From Hydrolagus colliei (lineage: Eukaryota): a stretch of 64,000 nt of DNA. Of this stretch, positions 1-13,212 are shown in pieces; the stretch's first letter is position 1; the number at the start of each line of letters is the position of its first letter. The translations under genes and the position numbers were made by a program. The notes under the pieces were generated by a model. That model saw nothing but the letters and a program-made list of their open reading frames with translations. It searched no databases and was not told where the DNA came from. The DNA lies in NCBI GenBank assembly GCA_035084275.1, contig CM068760.1:7688001-7752000 (forward strand), read 5' to 3'.

Positions 1-111
1 CTTGGGACATCCTTCCCGACGTGAAATCCCTTCCGCACTCTTGTCAACACATCATATAGCTTTTTCTCATTACGCAAAGGATAAGGGATCCAGTTCATTA
101 CCTCTCAACTC

Positions 112-430
112 TTGAACTCTTCCATCATTCACTTATTGAAGTCGCAGGATCTTCGTCGTTGTTGCTTTGGCTGCCAAGTTTCTATCACATTTTTTTTGCA
201 GGGAAGGTATATATATATTTTTTTCTCTCTCTCTCTTATATATCACATTGATTCAAGACAAGTGACACAATGGGAACAGGTAACAGCAAGAAAAGCCATC
301 AGATTTGTTTGCAACAACTCAGGTATATTGCCCAAAGCTTCGCAGTTCCTTTTCTTTCACGTCAAGTCGCTAATTGGATATTGGAAAGTGGAAAGTTGAT
401 ACGAATGAGTTTCATTGAAGTCACCTTGGA
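112..430 (+). mobile_element. Ancient LINE ORF2 C-terminal fragment (CR1/Crack-like)
   Basis: ORF 112-399 reads YIYIFFSLSLIYHI...TARKAIRFVCNN...SQFLFFHV, resembling the YxxxxxSxLxY...QKKAIRxI...PLFxxL post-RT segment. Confidence 0.4.
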
Positions 431-1046
431 GCCAGTTCAGCCTGAAGGAGATTTTCCCCTCCCATTTACCCCCCAAATCTCCAAAGGAGATTCAATTGAA
501 ACGCTATTTTAACTTGTCAAGGAAAAAAACAAAAGGGTTAAACCCATCTCCTCAGCCCGGGCGGTGAGGAGATTGGGAAAAGCAGCTGCTAGATTTGTGT
601 GTGTGTAAAAAAAATTGCGCATCAGTAAGGCTGAGATTCAGACCTCTATGTGCTTGCTGAGGTCAGCTCATTTCCATTACACTGCAACCTGCTCGTTAAT
701 TAATTACTCATTAAACTAATCATAGCTGGTGTACTTCACATCAGGAGTCAGAGAGCATCCTGTAATTATAGGGAGGACGGCGGAGTACACTGCAGCGATT
801 GGGAGTGTCAGGGAGCACTGAATCATTAGCATGAGGCATTCCAGCAGGATGGTGAGTAAGTGAGCTGGACTGTGAGGGCAGGCGCTCTAATGATTGTGAG
901 CAACGCGGAAGGTCACATTATTGCTTGATATCCGTCGGTAATTGTGAGCGTGGGGCTGATCGTTCGCGGGCTTTTCATTCCTCACCGTAAATGGAGTCCG
1001 CAAATAGCTCTGGCCACGCTGTGCGCCAAGAAAACTTTCACACGAT

Positions 1047-1087
1047 GAGAGAGAGAGAAAGAGAGATAGAGAGAGAGAGAGAGAGAG
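1047..1087 (+). repeat. (GA)n microsatellite
   Basis: Imperfect GA dinucleotide run seen directly. Confidence 0.95.
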
Positions 1088-2677
1088 GCGCGATCCCGTA
1101 CGTAGGAACCAATTCTCAACACAAGCGGAGCAGACACATCATTGCGGATTTACCTGCTGGACCCTTTTGTTGACTTACACCAATTCATTAGAGGATGGAT
1201 TAGGTTTCGATATTCAAGTCTAGGTAAAAGCGAGCGCTGATCACTTTATCAATTTGGAAAGGGGGGGGAAAAACTAGTTTTGTGAACTTTGAATTAATCC
1301 CCTGAACCGTGGGCACAAACGGAACCTCAGTTTCTTACGTGTAATCACGGCCACACATGGATTAAACAGATCCTATTTAAACACTACACATTTACGTTCA
1401 TCGGCCATTATCTTAAAAGCCGGTAAACATGGCAAGCCACTTGACGCAAAGAAGTAAGCTTTGCACCGTATTAGATCAGAACTTTCTTTCTTTTAAAAAA
1501 TTAACCTGATATAAATAATTTTGCATCAGAGTTTGGTTTTTTCCGCCCACCCCCCACCTCCTCCCACATTTAGTCAAAAACATTTCGAGCAACTTTTGAG
1601 AAACGCCACTTCCTGCAATCTCCTCAACTCCCTCAGGGTTCTTCAATAAAGACTAGTAGAAGAAGATGGAGAAGGGAATGGAGGGCGAGAGGAGAGGGGC
1701 AATTGGGAGGGTTGAGGGCCCATGTGGTGTGTCCTGGTTTGGGCCAAATAACCTGTTTCCGAGCTCGTATCATTCTGCTTCACAACTCTGTCTAAAGCTC
1801 CTGCAATGTTAAGCTTATTTACTTTATAAAGCAGTGTTTGGTTGCTTTAACATGAGAGGGACCAAATCCGCCATTGCAAAGCTTTACACGCTTCCTTAAC
1901 TCACTTTATTTTTGTACAGCCAGTCTCAAAAATACCTCACTGCAGACAAGGATGCGGGGGGGGGTGGGAGGGGGGAGATGAGAGCACCTTTCCTCCTATG
2001 TTCTGCTTCTCTGAACTGAAGAATTTAACATGAAGTGGGAACAGCACAGGCAAATGTGTGTGTGTGTGTGTAAAAAAAATCATTGTGGACATCTTTGTGA
2101 TCAGTTGAGTCTTAAAAATAGAAGAGCTGTATAAAATATCGCTGCATCAAGCACTTGTTCCCAACAGTCAAAGGTAATTCCAAATCAGTTCACTCACGCC
2201 GAGCACTTTTTGGTAACACAATAAAAAAAAGGGAAGCGCAGATAATTGCTGCACTAACACAAGATCATTCTGAGCCACTCGGGAGAGCGAAGGGGTTTCA
2301 TTTCATCTTCCTACTCAGGCGGCAATGTGGAAAATCTATACATCACAATCCAGAGCATTAGTGATCATTTGGTGTTATGATGCTACTGTGCATTTAGTCA
2401 TCATTTTAAATACCTACATATATATATATACAGTCAATTCACATTACAGTATATTCTTTGAAGCGCTTTGAGACATCGATAAGATGTGAAAAGCCGCTAT
2501 ATCAAACGCGAGGATTATTTTAAAACGGTACTTCCTCTAAATGTAGCACCACAAAGCCTGACTGAGAGCCCACTTGGTTAAATGGAGACAGCTCCCTCTA
2601 TCCTGCAATCTCCCAACGGAAGTTTCCCCAAAGGTACATATTGAGCAAAGCAACAGAATATTACTTCCATCTCCATC

Positions 2678-2982
2678 GTGAGATCTGTGTTCGAATCCAG
2701 TCAGGTCAGGACGAAAACTTGGGCAAGTTTCCTTACTTCACACACACATACTCACATGCCTAATAATAATCCTTCTGAAAAAAACACACTAATAATAAAT
2801 TGATCATTTTCAATCCACGACTGTTTGTGGGGGACGCTGCTGTGCGCAATTGGCTGCCGCGTTTCGCCCACAAATGTACAGTCAATTCACTTTACAGTAT
2901 ATTCTGTGAAGCGCTTTGGGACATGGATAGGATGTGAGAAGCGCTATGTCAATGCAAGGATTATTATTGTTATTATTATTAT
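2678..2982 (+). mobile_element. tRNA-derived SINE (family A), 5'-truncated
   Basis: B box GTTCGAATCC, TTGGGCAAGTTTCCTTAC body, GCTGCTGTGCGCAATTGGCTGCC...AATGCAAGG(ATT)n tail; matches the copies at 13213 and 62094. Confidence 0.93.
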
Positions 2983-4356
2983 CTCCACTGATCAGTCCTG
3001 CCACACTGAACATGTCGGTGACACAGGAATCATTGGGTCCAATTCAGTTTTCAGCACCTTGAGACATCCTCCCGACGTGAAAGGCGCTGTATAAATGTAA
3101 TTTTGTTGTTGTTCTTGTAGATCTGTATTCAGGGCAAACATCTGGAATGAACATCCTTGTATCCTTGTGATCCTATTAATAGTGACCTCAAACAGGAGTT
3201 GCTGGTAAATAATGCATCGCATTTCAGATTGATAGATATGCCATCATGGATTTTATTCTCCTGGTTAAAATAACCGATATTTTAATATAAACCTATCGAT
3301 AACCATCTTTTATTTGTAATTATCTACAGAGTCAGTGTGGGTGATGGTCTCTGAATGGACCCATTCGTAAAGAAAGGATGGAGAATGAATGCAAGTGCCA
3401 ATGCAGTAAGAGGCTAGATACGAAGAGAGAGAGAGAAATCTCAACGAGGTTTATTATCGGATCATAGATGGCAGTGGACAAGACGAGGGAGTTCTGACAC
3501 ACATTTCGCACTGAAAACAAACCTGCGTTACTCTCAACCTCGTGATCGCCGGGGTGAAGATGGTATGATCGGCGGACGAGAAAAGCAGAAGGTGAACGTT
3601 GGGAAAAACATTTTGCACATCACCGAGCAAAGTCTTATTTCTGAAACTCAAAACTGCCACTGTTTTATGTTAATGCAGTTATCTCTCCTGGTCAGACCCA
3701 CTGCAACTCAAAAATCCATGAAGAGTAACAAGCGGCTATGAAATTCGCTGCAATCTCCAGCTCTTTTTCATAGTGGAATGTTCCAGGGATTGTGTTGAGG
3801 ACAACAATTGTTCCTAGCTAATAATAAAAAAAACACACACATGTCACAAAACGCCTGCCAGGCTCAACCTCAAAAATTCCAAGCCCGAAAACCTGGGATC
3901 AGACGTTCAACAGAAAGCAGTCATTTCTGAAGAGGCGGATTCACATGAGTGTTGAGAATGTTTTTTTTATGAAAAAAAACAGAAATGCGCTGTGCCAAAG
4001 CCTTACCTGTTCCTCCATGTCATTGGATTCTCGTAAACGTTGTCAAGTTCGATTGAGTTAAGCCACAACGGTTAGACAAATAGGCCAATTTTTTTTTTAA
4101 AAAATCACACATTTTGCCCGCCCCAAAGCTGAAAGGAAGGTGGATGAGCAGCTAGACAGGAACGAATCCTGCAAAATGCACAGCCAATCCGCTTTACAGG
4201 TTATCCTGTGAAGAGCTTGGAGACATCTCAATGAAATGATAAGACCTCAAATGCAAGGCGTATTATTATTATTATTATTATTCCCACTGTTCAGAACTCT
4301 GGATCTCAATACATTTAAGCATGTAACTTGGAAACGAAGCATCTACTGTCAGCTCA

Positions 4357-5105
4357 TTGATTAGCCCGGCTCAGTTGGTAGCATTCTCATCCTTCAGAAG
4401 GCTGTGGATTCAAGTTCCTTCCTCTCCAGAGATGCCATCAATAATAATAATAATAATCATAATCCTTGCATTTGATATAGCGCTGTTAACATTTTATCAA
4501 CATCTCAAAGCGCTTCACAAAATACACTGTCAAGTGAATTGACTGTGTATATTTGTGGGCGAAACTTGGCAGCCAATTGCGCACAGCAGCGTTCCCCCCC
4601 AACCGCCCACAAACAGTTATGGATTGAAAATGATAAATTTTTATTATTGTGTTTTTTTGGAGGGATTATTATCAGGCGTGTGTGGAGTAAGGAAACTTCC
4701 CCAAGGTTTCGCCCTGATCTGCCTGGATTCGAACATAGGTCTCACGCTTGTAAGGTGAGTGCTCTAACCACTGAGCTACAGGAGCTCTTTGGAAGACACA
4801 TTAAAACCGAGGTCCATTCTGCCTTAAAGATCGGGTGGCACGGTTCAAAATGAGGCAGGATTTTCTCTCAGTGCCCTTTGCATCATTGCGTTGGCTTGTT
4901 TTATATTTTATTCAGAAGGTTGTCAATATATTTGCTAATCCCCCCAAATAAAATTTACCATTCAATCCACGGCTGTTTGTGGGACATTGCCTGCCACATT
5001 CACCTTCAAAATATACTCATTCTGCTTTACAGTTAATCCTATGAAGTGCTTTGAGATATCTTCCGGTTGTGAAAAGACGCTATAACAAATGCAAGTTATT
5101 ATAAT
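4357..5105 (+). mobile_element. Older Deu-domain-type SINE split by a younger SINE
   Basis: tRNA-like head GGCTCAGTTGGTAGCATTCTC...GGATTCAAGTTCC (4368-4420). After the insert come the Deu-like TTAAAACCGAGGTCC... and the L2-type tail ending CAAATGCAAGTTATT. Confidence 0.65.
4440..4787 (-). mobile_element. tRNA-derived SINE (family A), full length
   Basis: Reverse complement has the GAGCTCCTGTAGCTCAGTGGTTAGAGCAC head, B box GTTCGAATCC, and an (ATT)n tail. Confidence 0.96.
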
Positions 5106-5279
5106 AGTATTAGCACCTATAATCATCTTATAAACATTTTTTAATTTTTAAACACCCTGTATTTTACATCAAAAGCCTTTTGTGAAGTAGAGGTTCCTGA
5201 TAAAGTCGAGAGAATGAAAACTAATATCCCCCTGACCGATTAAACTGTACCTCAGGAGTAACCGCGCACACAGGAGAGA

Positions 5280-6480
5280 AGATTTTGAGAAGCCTTCAAC
5301 TGTCATTCTCGGGGAAATCAATTAACACCGAGGAGGTTCCAAAAGAATGAATACAGGCAAAAATCTGATTCCCACATCCATTAGGCCGGCCTGATTAATT
5401 AAAAAATAGAAATGGAAGAGTGGCTTTGTGAAATTAATAAACGACGGGCAACACTGCTTCACAGGGGATGGAGTTTGATCAACTTCGGATGCTCTTTTTT
5501 TTTTTGACACTGCCAAACTGTAAGGCAGTGGGAAACTATGGTTCACTTACGCTTCCAAAGACACCCGATAAAATAATAGAAATTTCTGCCTTTGATAGCA
5601 CCTATAAATTCAAAAACGTCTCAACGCGTTTTACAGTCATTCCTGTCAAGTGCAGTCGCTGTTCATTTTTGGCCAATACCGCAGGCAAACTTGTGTGCGC
5701 GTACACACACACACACATAGCAAGGCACAGCGAGCAACCAATTTATCGGGAGCGTTTGCCATTGATACTGGGAGAAACGCACATTTGGTTTCACAATAGT
5801 GTAACAAGTGCTTTAACATTAAAGAGGCAAGTCGGAAGCGATTTGGTTTAACATCTGATCCAAAGAGCAGCCTCGCCATTATTGCTGCACAACCGGACAT
5901 CGTTGGGTCTCCAGGGTAACTGAGCGGTTGAATCAGCACATGGTTGAAGGGCAGGGAGGGAACGGTAAGGAACCTGTTGCCCACTGGCCAGAAGTGGCCC
6001 ATGGAAGCTCTTGGGCCTCAAAATATTCTCAAAACATTTGCACGAGTCTCGCTGAATCTGTGTTCGATTGGTAGCTTTTGTTTTAAAAAAAAAGGTTATT
6101 CCCCTTTTTTAAAATAATTATAATAATAATTCTTGCATTTGATATATGATTTATGCCGTGACTCAAAAGAAATATTCAAACAATAGAAAATCTATTTTGT
6201 TGACTGACCATAAATGTTGGTCAACCACCTGGATTGCAGTATCAGGTGATGGTCGGGTAAATGGATCAAGGTATAAATAGTGTATTGGGCTTAGACGAAT
6301 GTTGCTCGGAAGGTAAATCCGAGGGTACCAAAAGTATCCTCCAGACACAAGCTTCTCTCTGTGTGTGGCTGATGGAAACACATTCTAAATACTTCAAAGG
6401 TGAGAGGTAGTACTGTACTTTCAGAAGCATTTTGCCTGTGATCCGATTCACATTGTAGTCAGGAAGCAATGTCTATTTAG
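5280..6480 (+). mobile_element. Degraded CR1-like LINE RT region
   Basis: Colinear: SINTEEV/KRMNTGK, GNYGSLTLPKTPDKIIE (NYRPISL..KIxE), VTSALTLKRQV, LLLHNRTSLGLQGN, *ISTWLKGREGTV (WIxxWLxGRxQxV), VAHGSS (VPQGS), LKRNIQTIENLFC*LTINV (LQxDL..W..W). Confidence 0.65.
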
Positions 6481-6939
6481 CTTTTCGCAGTCCCGAACCA
6501 AAAACATAAATTATTTTTTTAAAAATAAAGTTAACAAACAGCATTAGGCTGAGAGAGCCGCGCTGCATTTATATGACTGCACATAAGACCGAAGTGTCTG
6601 AAAACTCCTGACGCCACTAAATTTTATTTAAATCAATCAATTTGTTTACCGTTGATGCTGTTTGTAAAACACACGATAAATCCTTCTTCTGTCACTGGAT
6701 GGCAGGAGAACCCAGAACAGACTGGTGAGTGATTTGACTCGTTTAACAGTGTATCACAGAGAGGGAAGGAGGTGGAAATTAGAGCGGGGCTCGCTCTGAG
6801 ATAAATTAGGCGGCAGTTTATATTGTGGGTTGAATTTACTGGAGCGAAAAAAATATATATGCCACTAAAGCACAGTGCAGTAAGGCCAAATGAACCCAGT
6901 CACACACAAAAAAAAATCAGCCCACTACTGCTTGCTGTG

Positions 6940-8070
6940 AAATCAGGTTGTCACAAGTTTATTCATGTGGTTTGTCCAGCTAAGACCATTCTTTCCATCG
7001 AGGTTTGCCTTGCCAGGTTAAACATGACCCAAACCTGATAAGAATCCCCTTCCCCAATGATTGACATTGTTAGAACCCGCTAACTGCGGCCACATCTCTA
7101 CGTTACTTCGTCCTGTTTGGGCGTAAACCCGTTTGAAAGCCTTGATCAAGCCAGAAGCGAGAGGTAGATCTGGGTTGGTAGATGTATACCTCAAAAAGTC
7201 CGGGAAAAACACCAATTATATTCCGCGTAACACAACTTCAAATGACTAAAGGAAATTGTTTTTAATTTTATTTTCCCATTACACTCCACTGTACAAAAAA
7301 TTCCTGCGAAGTGCTTTGAGACGTCTCAACGACACGACACAGTCCTGTGTCAAATGCGAGAATTATTTATTATTTTCCCCTTTCTAGGTTTCCCCCCCAT
7401 CATTTGTGCAGCCCTTCGGGACAGCGGATGAGACACCACCCTACAACCCCTCCCCCACACCCCCGCCCCCCAACAAGCCAATTTGTATACATTATTTCAT
7501 ACCTCACTCTCTGATTCTCAACAGTTTCTGTCAGGCTGGTGATTTGCATGGCTATCTATCTTTCCCCAGTGATGGCAGGGCTGAGAGACAGAAAGCATCC
7601 TGTGGAGACTGGAGAATCATGGGTGTCACTCTCGTTTCACCACTTACTGGTACATGACCGCACTACATCATTGCACTAGCTTGTTTTCATTTTATTTCAG
7701 AAGGTCATCAATTTCCCACCCACCCACCCACACAACCACCCACCCATCCACCCCCACACATATATATTTTCTTTAAAACTTTTTCTTTTTGATCTCTCCC
7801 ATGGAACGATGGAGCACAGCATAAATCAAGAGAACAGATCGTATCAGGCTGGTAATCTCCGTCCAAATTGGACCAAGGAGAAGCTGAGATTCTGTTAGCT
7901 GTACGTTTATCCCTGAACTAGAGCCGCAGAACCTCATCCGACATACTGTGCATTTTATGGGAATCTCAAACAATGGTTTTTTGCACGGTGCGTGAAAGGT
8001 TATTTGTGTACATTTGATTATCGGACCAGGGATACTTTAGTAAAGCTATTATTTGGTAGGAGACACAATT
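6940..8070 (+). mobile_element. Degraded L1/Tx1-like LINE ORF2 C-terminal part
   Basis: VCPAKTILSIEVCLARL...SPSPMIDIV, then LIKPEARGRSGLVD (~7142-7183, LxxPxxxGGLGLxD), later FC*LYVYP*T and WFFARCVKGYL...KLLFG (CCHC-region-like). Confidence 0.45.
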
Positions 8071-8687
8071 GACTGGCATCAATCCAGGAAACGGGCAGGA
8101 TGCGAACAAAGATATGTGTTGGTACCACTAGAGCATCTGTTATCCGAGTTGGGCAAAATGCGTGTCTGAACGAGTCCCCTGCTGGCATTTTGAAATTAAC
8201 CCGGAAAAAAACTAGTTAAATATCGAAACTAACCTGTGGAAAAAAAAAGGGGGAAAACAGAGATAATCTCACTTTGGGCACGGCTTTGATTGAGGATCCT
8301 CTTAGGACAACAAAACAACAACTTGCACTTACATATATAGCTCACTCCATGCTGGGTAGCGTTTCAGAGCTCTGAGGACTTTGGCTTGCATGTGGATTCA
8401 GTCTACGTTGCAGATGGCTTTAGCATATGGCAAGACGAGTGCATTTCTTTGCACAGGGGCTAAACAATGGAAATACCTTCTTCATAAGGAGATACTAGTA
8501 TCATCTACCTTGCTACTTTAAGAATATTAAGAGTAAAATCAGCCTTTATGTTAGAGATGGAATCAATATCTATGCGTCAAGGCATGTCCACTGTCTGCAG
8601 GTGAACCACAGTAATTCTATTTGCCACGAAAGGAAATTTGCAGAGCAGCAAAACTGAGCAAACAGCGTAAATACTAATTTGCAGGTA

Positions 8688-8926
8688 CTGGTTAGAGCAC
8701 TCGCCTTGCAAGCAAGAGACCTTGGTTCGTTTCCAGGCAGGGTGAAAGGCGTGTGGAGCAAGTTTCCTTACTCCACGCGCCTGATAATAATCGCTTAAAA
8801 AAACAAATAATAAATTGGTCATTTTGTATCCATGACCGTTTGCTGGATGCTGCTGTCGCATTTTGCCTACAAATCATAGTCAATTCACTGTACAGTATAA
8901 TCTGCAAAGCGCTTTGAGACATCTAG
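8688..8926 (+). mobile_element. tRNA-derived SINE (family A), partial
   Basis: GGTTAGAGCACTCGCCTTGCAAG head, GCAAGTTTCCTTACTCCACGCGCC body, tail to GCGCTTTGAGACATC. Confidence 0.9.
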
Positions 8927-9295
8927 AAGAACAATATATATATATATATATTTAAAAACCTTAATAGCGGCATTCAAGAGAAATGACAGGTTCACACCTC
9001 CGTTTGAATGATTGTCAACATTCAGCCATGATAGTAGATGAACACTGCTTCCGTCGCAGCTTGTGAAAAGAAATCTTCAACAAACGACTTTTAAAAAAAA
9101 ACAGAAAATGATTAGTGTTTGCAATTTCATGGCTGTGGGAGAAGTAGAGCAAAGAGAGAAGGACTGGTAAATAAGAACACAGTCATGGTTTACGCCTAGG
9201 AGAATTTGCATGCAGGATTAAACAGGCAGGTATTGACTCAACATCCCAGAGAAACATAGAAATAGGAGTCAGCCATTCAAGCCTGTTCCACTATT

Positions 9296-9588
9296 ATAAT
9301 AAAATAATAATAATCCTTGAATTTGATATAGCCCTTTTCACATCTTCTAGATGTCTCAATGCACTTCACAGAATATACTGTAGAGTGAATTGACTGTATA
9401 TCTGTGGGCAGCGTCCCCCACAAACAGCTGTGGATTGAAATTACCAATTTGTTTATTGTGTGTTTTTTGAGGGATTATTATTAGGAGTGTGGAGTAAGGA
9501 AACTTGTCCAAGGTTTCACCCTGACCTGCTTGGATTCGAACACAGGTCTCACACTTGTATGGCGAGTGCTCTAACCACTGATCTACAG
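9296..9588 (-). mobile_element. tRNA-derived SINE (family A) inserted in a CR1 3' end
   Basis: Near-full SINE on the minus strand; flanks (~9250-9292 and ~9600-9685) look like the two halves of a CR1 3' UTR. Confidence 0.9.
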
Positions 9589-9859
9589 AGTAAACTGTAA
9601 ATTCATGGCTCATCTGTAATTCAAGTCAAATGACATGTCTTTGCCCCATATCGCTTGATACCTTGACCTAACAAATATCTATCCTGTGGACTGGACTCGA
9701 GGAGAAGCATGGTTGAGAAGCAGGCTTGTCTTTTAAACTATGGTTCCACTCCTAAAAGCAGACACCTTCTGACTATGACTCCAGTGTGTGCTTGTTAAAT
9801 GTAATGTTAATGTAAAGTGCATTGCGAGGTGCTTAGGTGTTTGACCCATATAATCGAGA

Positions 9860-12030
9860 TTAATGAAGGGATCTCCTTCTTACTTCCCAAAAGAGGCTGC
9901 TGAAGTCCACCCCAAAGTGTTTCAGTCATTAATTATAGTGAATGGATGTTTTTTACCACAGAAAGTAAATAAAAAGGTGACAGAAAAAGGTGTCAAAAAA
10001 TGGAGTGCCGCTTTATTAGATAGGAGAGAATGTCAACTGCAATTAAACTGGATTGAGCCTTTGCAAGATTAAACGTTGCGTTCAACTGCAGGCAAATTTG
10101 CAATGATATTTGAGACAATTAATTTGTACTTAGAGTCATCACTTTCATCCTGTATCTTTAATTCCCGTGTCCCAATTTTCTTTTTTTTATATATGTATAA
10201 ATTGGCCCTCATTCCTTCCAAAACCAAGTACTGTAGCATTCACCATTATGGAGGGCTTACAGTTCACCTGCTGTCTATTAGCTCACAAACTGAGAGGTAC
10301 ATCTGCAGAATGGACTGATGTAATAATGGGGTGGGGGGCAGGGTAGCTGCATATTGGTCTTATAGGGCAGGAAAGTCCCCAAATCTCGAAATCATGCGCG
10401 CAATTGGCTGCCGCGTTTCACCCGCAAAATATACAGTCAATTTATTGACAGTATATTCTGTGAAGTGGTTTGAGACATCTCAAAGATGTGATGAGGTGCT
10501 ATTTATTATCAGTATTATTATGATTAGCAAAAAGGGAACACCCTCTCCCCCACTTCCCCCCACCCAATACCCCCTTGGTGGCAATGGACCGTTGCTTTGA
10601 AGCCAATAATATAGAAGTTAGAAGTTATTCTCTATTAGTACAATCAATCACCAGTCGCTGACAATTTTAGCTATCAATGATCCAGAACGTTAGTCTTTGC
10701 ACGTGAGTCATTTACATGCTTTACACGCTCCCTCTCTAATTACACTCTTAGTAAAGTTCTTTCTTTCTGCTTTTAAATTGATCAGAATTTTTTTGAAGTA
10801 ATAAATTTAAAATGAGGAGCTTGCAATTTGCAGCTGAAGCAAAAGAGAGGATTTTTTTTCAAACAGAATCTGCAAAGTACATCTTTGATTTCTTTGTATT
10901 GTTTAAAGTTTCCTGTGTCAGCTAAAAGATTTTAAATGTCCAACCCAATATTGAAAAGGAGGCAAAACATTTTTTTTTACAGCTGCATGATTGACCTCGT
11001 GACTGTGCAACCAATAGAGGCAGCCAAAATCATAGCTCCTAAATAGCTGTGTGGGTTGTCACGTCTGTCAAATGTAGGGTGAAAATTAGTTAAAAATTTA
11101 ATTAGGAATGATTTTAAAACCCAGGAATTTATCGGGTGACAAAATTGAACACAATATCTGGCCTATTAGTTCATTGCAGGTTCAGTAATTTCTCAAATAC
11201 TAATCTTTAAAAATCTTTTCAAATGCTGTAACCCTCACTTTTCTTACACGACTCAGTCCCTACCAGTGTTTGGGTTTGTGTAGAAACATACAGAAAGCTT
11301 ATGGCGATCTTCAGTGAAAGACAATGACATCTCAGAGGGCATCTTATGTAGGCACACTTAAAGAGATTGAGAATGTAAACCCAGAACTACATACCAAGAC
11401 AGCAAAACAATATACCGTAATAATAATAACCCTTGCATTTGATATAGTGGCTTTTTCACATCTTATCGACATCTCAAAGCGCTTCACAGAATATACTGTA
11501 AAGTGAATTGACTATATATTTTATGGGCTAAACCCGGCAGCCAATTGCACACAGCAGCGTCCCCCACACAAACAGTTGTGGGTTGAAATGACCAATTTAT
11601 TATTGTTTTATTATTGTTTTGCCCTCAAGGGATTATTATCAGGCGTGCGTGCAGTAAGGAAACTTGCCCAAGGTTTCGCGCTGGCTGTCGAGGAAATGAA
11701 CCCAGGTCTCCCGCTTGCAAGGCTTAAAAACCGAGTCAAAGCTAAAATTCCTGTTCACACGACAAGCAAAAACAAAGCATTGTCGGCAAGCTGCCTGACT
11801 TTAATACAAATAATACATTATTTGCAAGGCTCCTTCAACTTGATGATGCTTTTGCCTTCTCAGACATTTGCCAGTAGCTACGGGATGAATAATCAACAAG
11901 ATGCTTTCCCTGAGTCTCGCGCTGCCCAAATTACCAGCCATTTCAGTTCCCCTCCTCGGAGTTGCTTTTACTTTTTATCTCTCAGTTGCCCTAGAGCGGC
12001 AACAACATTAAACTGTTTTTTGGCAGGGAG
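9860..12030 (+). mobile_element. Degraded CR1-group LINE RT and C-terminus
   Basis: FPKEAAEV..FQSLIIVN, LNWIEPL, STAGKFAMIFETINLYLESSLSSCIFNSR (SKIFE..LSxxxxGFR), YKLALI, ILAINDP (~10665, FINDL), RAATTLNCF (~12000, AxSLNxFK). Confidence 0.5.
11417..11722 (-). mobile_element. tRNA-derived SINE (family A)
   Basis: Tail-to-head match to the family A consensus on the minus strand. Confidence 0.93.
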
Positions 12031-12475
12031 TTGTCAAGACAATGTACAGATTTTTTAAAAAAAGAGCTTTGCATTTTTTAAAACAAGATTGTTCCTGTTA
12101 GCAACAGTAACCTATCAATACCTTCTCTGAAGCCCATAAGGATTGCTGCTGACTGGACTCTATCCATCTGCCACACGTGCGGATCTTGAAATGGCTATTT
12201 GGTCTGCACGGTGATAGATGGTAAGGGAAACAAACATTGCCTTTGATGAATAGAAACCGCTTAATGTGCTCACTATGGAGCTACTACTAATAATAATAAT
12301 AATGCTTGCATTCATTATTGCGCTTCAATTACATATTCAAGACGTCTCAAAAGCGCTTCACAGAATATCCTGTGAAGTAAATCGACTGTATATTTTGTGG
12401 GTGAAACGCGGCAGCCAATTGCGCGCGGCAGCCTCCCCATCATCTGAACCAATGAAGTGATTTCACATCAGCTCC

Positions 12476-12476
<1 letters not shown>

Positions 12477-12534
<58 letters not shown>
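12477..12534 (+). repeat. (TG)n microsatellite
   Basis: Pure TG run of about 29 units. Confidence 0.98.
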
Positions 12535-12536
<2 letters not shown>

Positions 12537-13212
12537 TGCTCATCATGTCTCAGGGTTTCGCTCGAGGGCAGAGATGTCAGGTAATTCACTGTGATGACAC
12601 GTTCGAACGAGCAGGAGGGAATCGCATCAGTTTAGTTTGCAAGTGGACTATCTTCTCTGACCATCTTCTCAAGTAACAGAAGCCAGATTGCCGCGCACTT
12701 TGCATTTGGCTAACCAAAGTCGAACACAGTCGAAATTTTTGTCATCAGTTAGTTGTCACTCCAGGGCAGTGTTATCGCATTCATCCGCAGCAAGCAGAAG
12801 TGGCTGATAAGACGGATGTTTGCTTTTTAAGTGGTCATGGTCCAAGAGAACTTTTTTTTTGTTGCCTTCAAATGATCTTGGATTATTTAAGACCGAAGAA
12901 GAAACAGACACTTAGCTCCTCATGTTCACAAATCATGTGCTGGACCACAGTATTTACGGGCGCCTTTTCTTCCCCACCCTTCCATCGATAAGGTGTCAAA
13001 TCAGAAACTGACCTTACAATTCTATCTGGCTTATCTCATTTTCCAATGACAAATCGTACCATGCATCCCCTTTAGCCATTGAAAGAAAATTCTGCTCCCT
13101 CTTGAAACTGCCCGCCGAACTGGCCAGTATTACTGTTCGCATTCTCGGTAGCAACACTGAGCTTCCAACTGGAAAGTGGGCAATCCGTCATGTAAACCAG
13201 GACGTTTACAGT

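Larger units (their letters stand above)
690..4070 (-). mobile_element. Highly degraded LINE ORF2 (APE + N-terminal RT), interrupted by SINE/L2/CR1 pieces
   Basis: Minus-strand motifs in the expected order: WLNSIELDN...FCFFS* (~4065-3965, APE start), DSTDHKDV (~2110, SDH), QQKGPAG (~1170), SWRTAWPELFADSI (~1030), KPANDQPHAHNYRRISSNN (~975-915, NYRxIS), DVKYTSYD (~745, DxxKAYD). Confidence 0.5.

Noticed and set aside
3999-4075. Minus-strand first exon (ATG GAG GAA CAG|GTAAGG)
   Set aside because: An isolated donor with no promoter or downstream exon support; it overlaps a plausible APE N-terminus.
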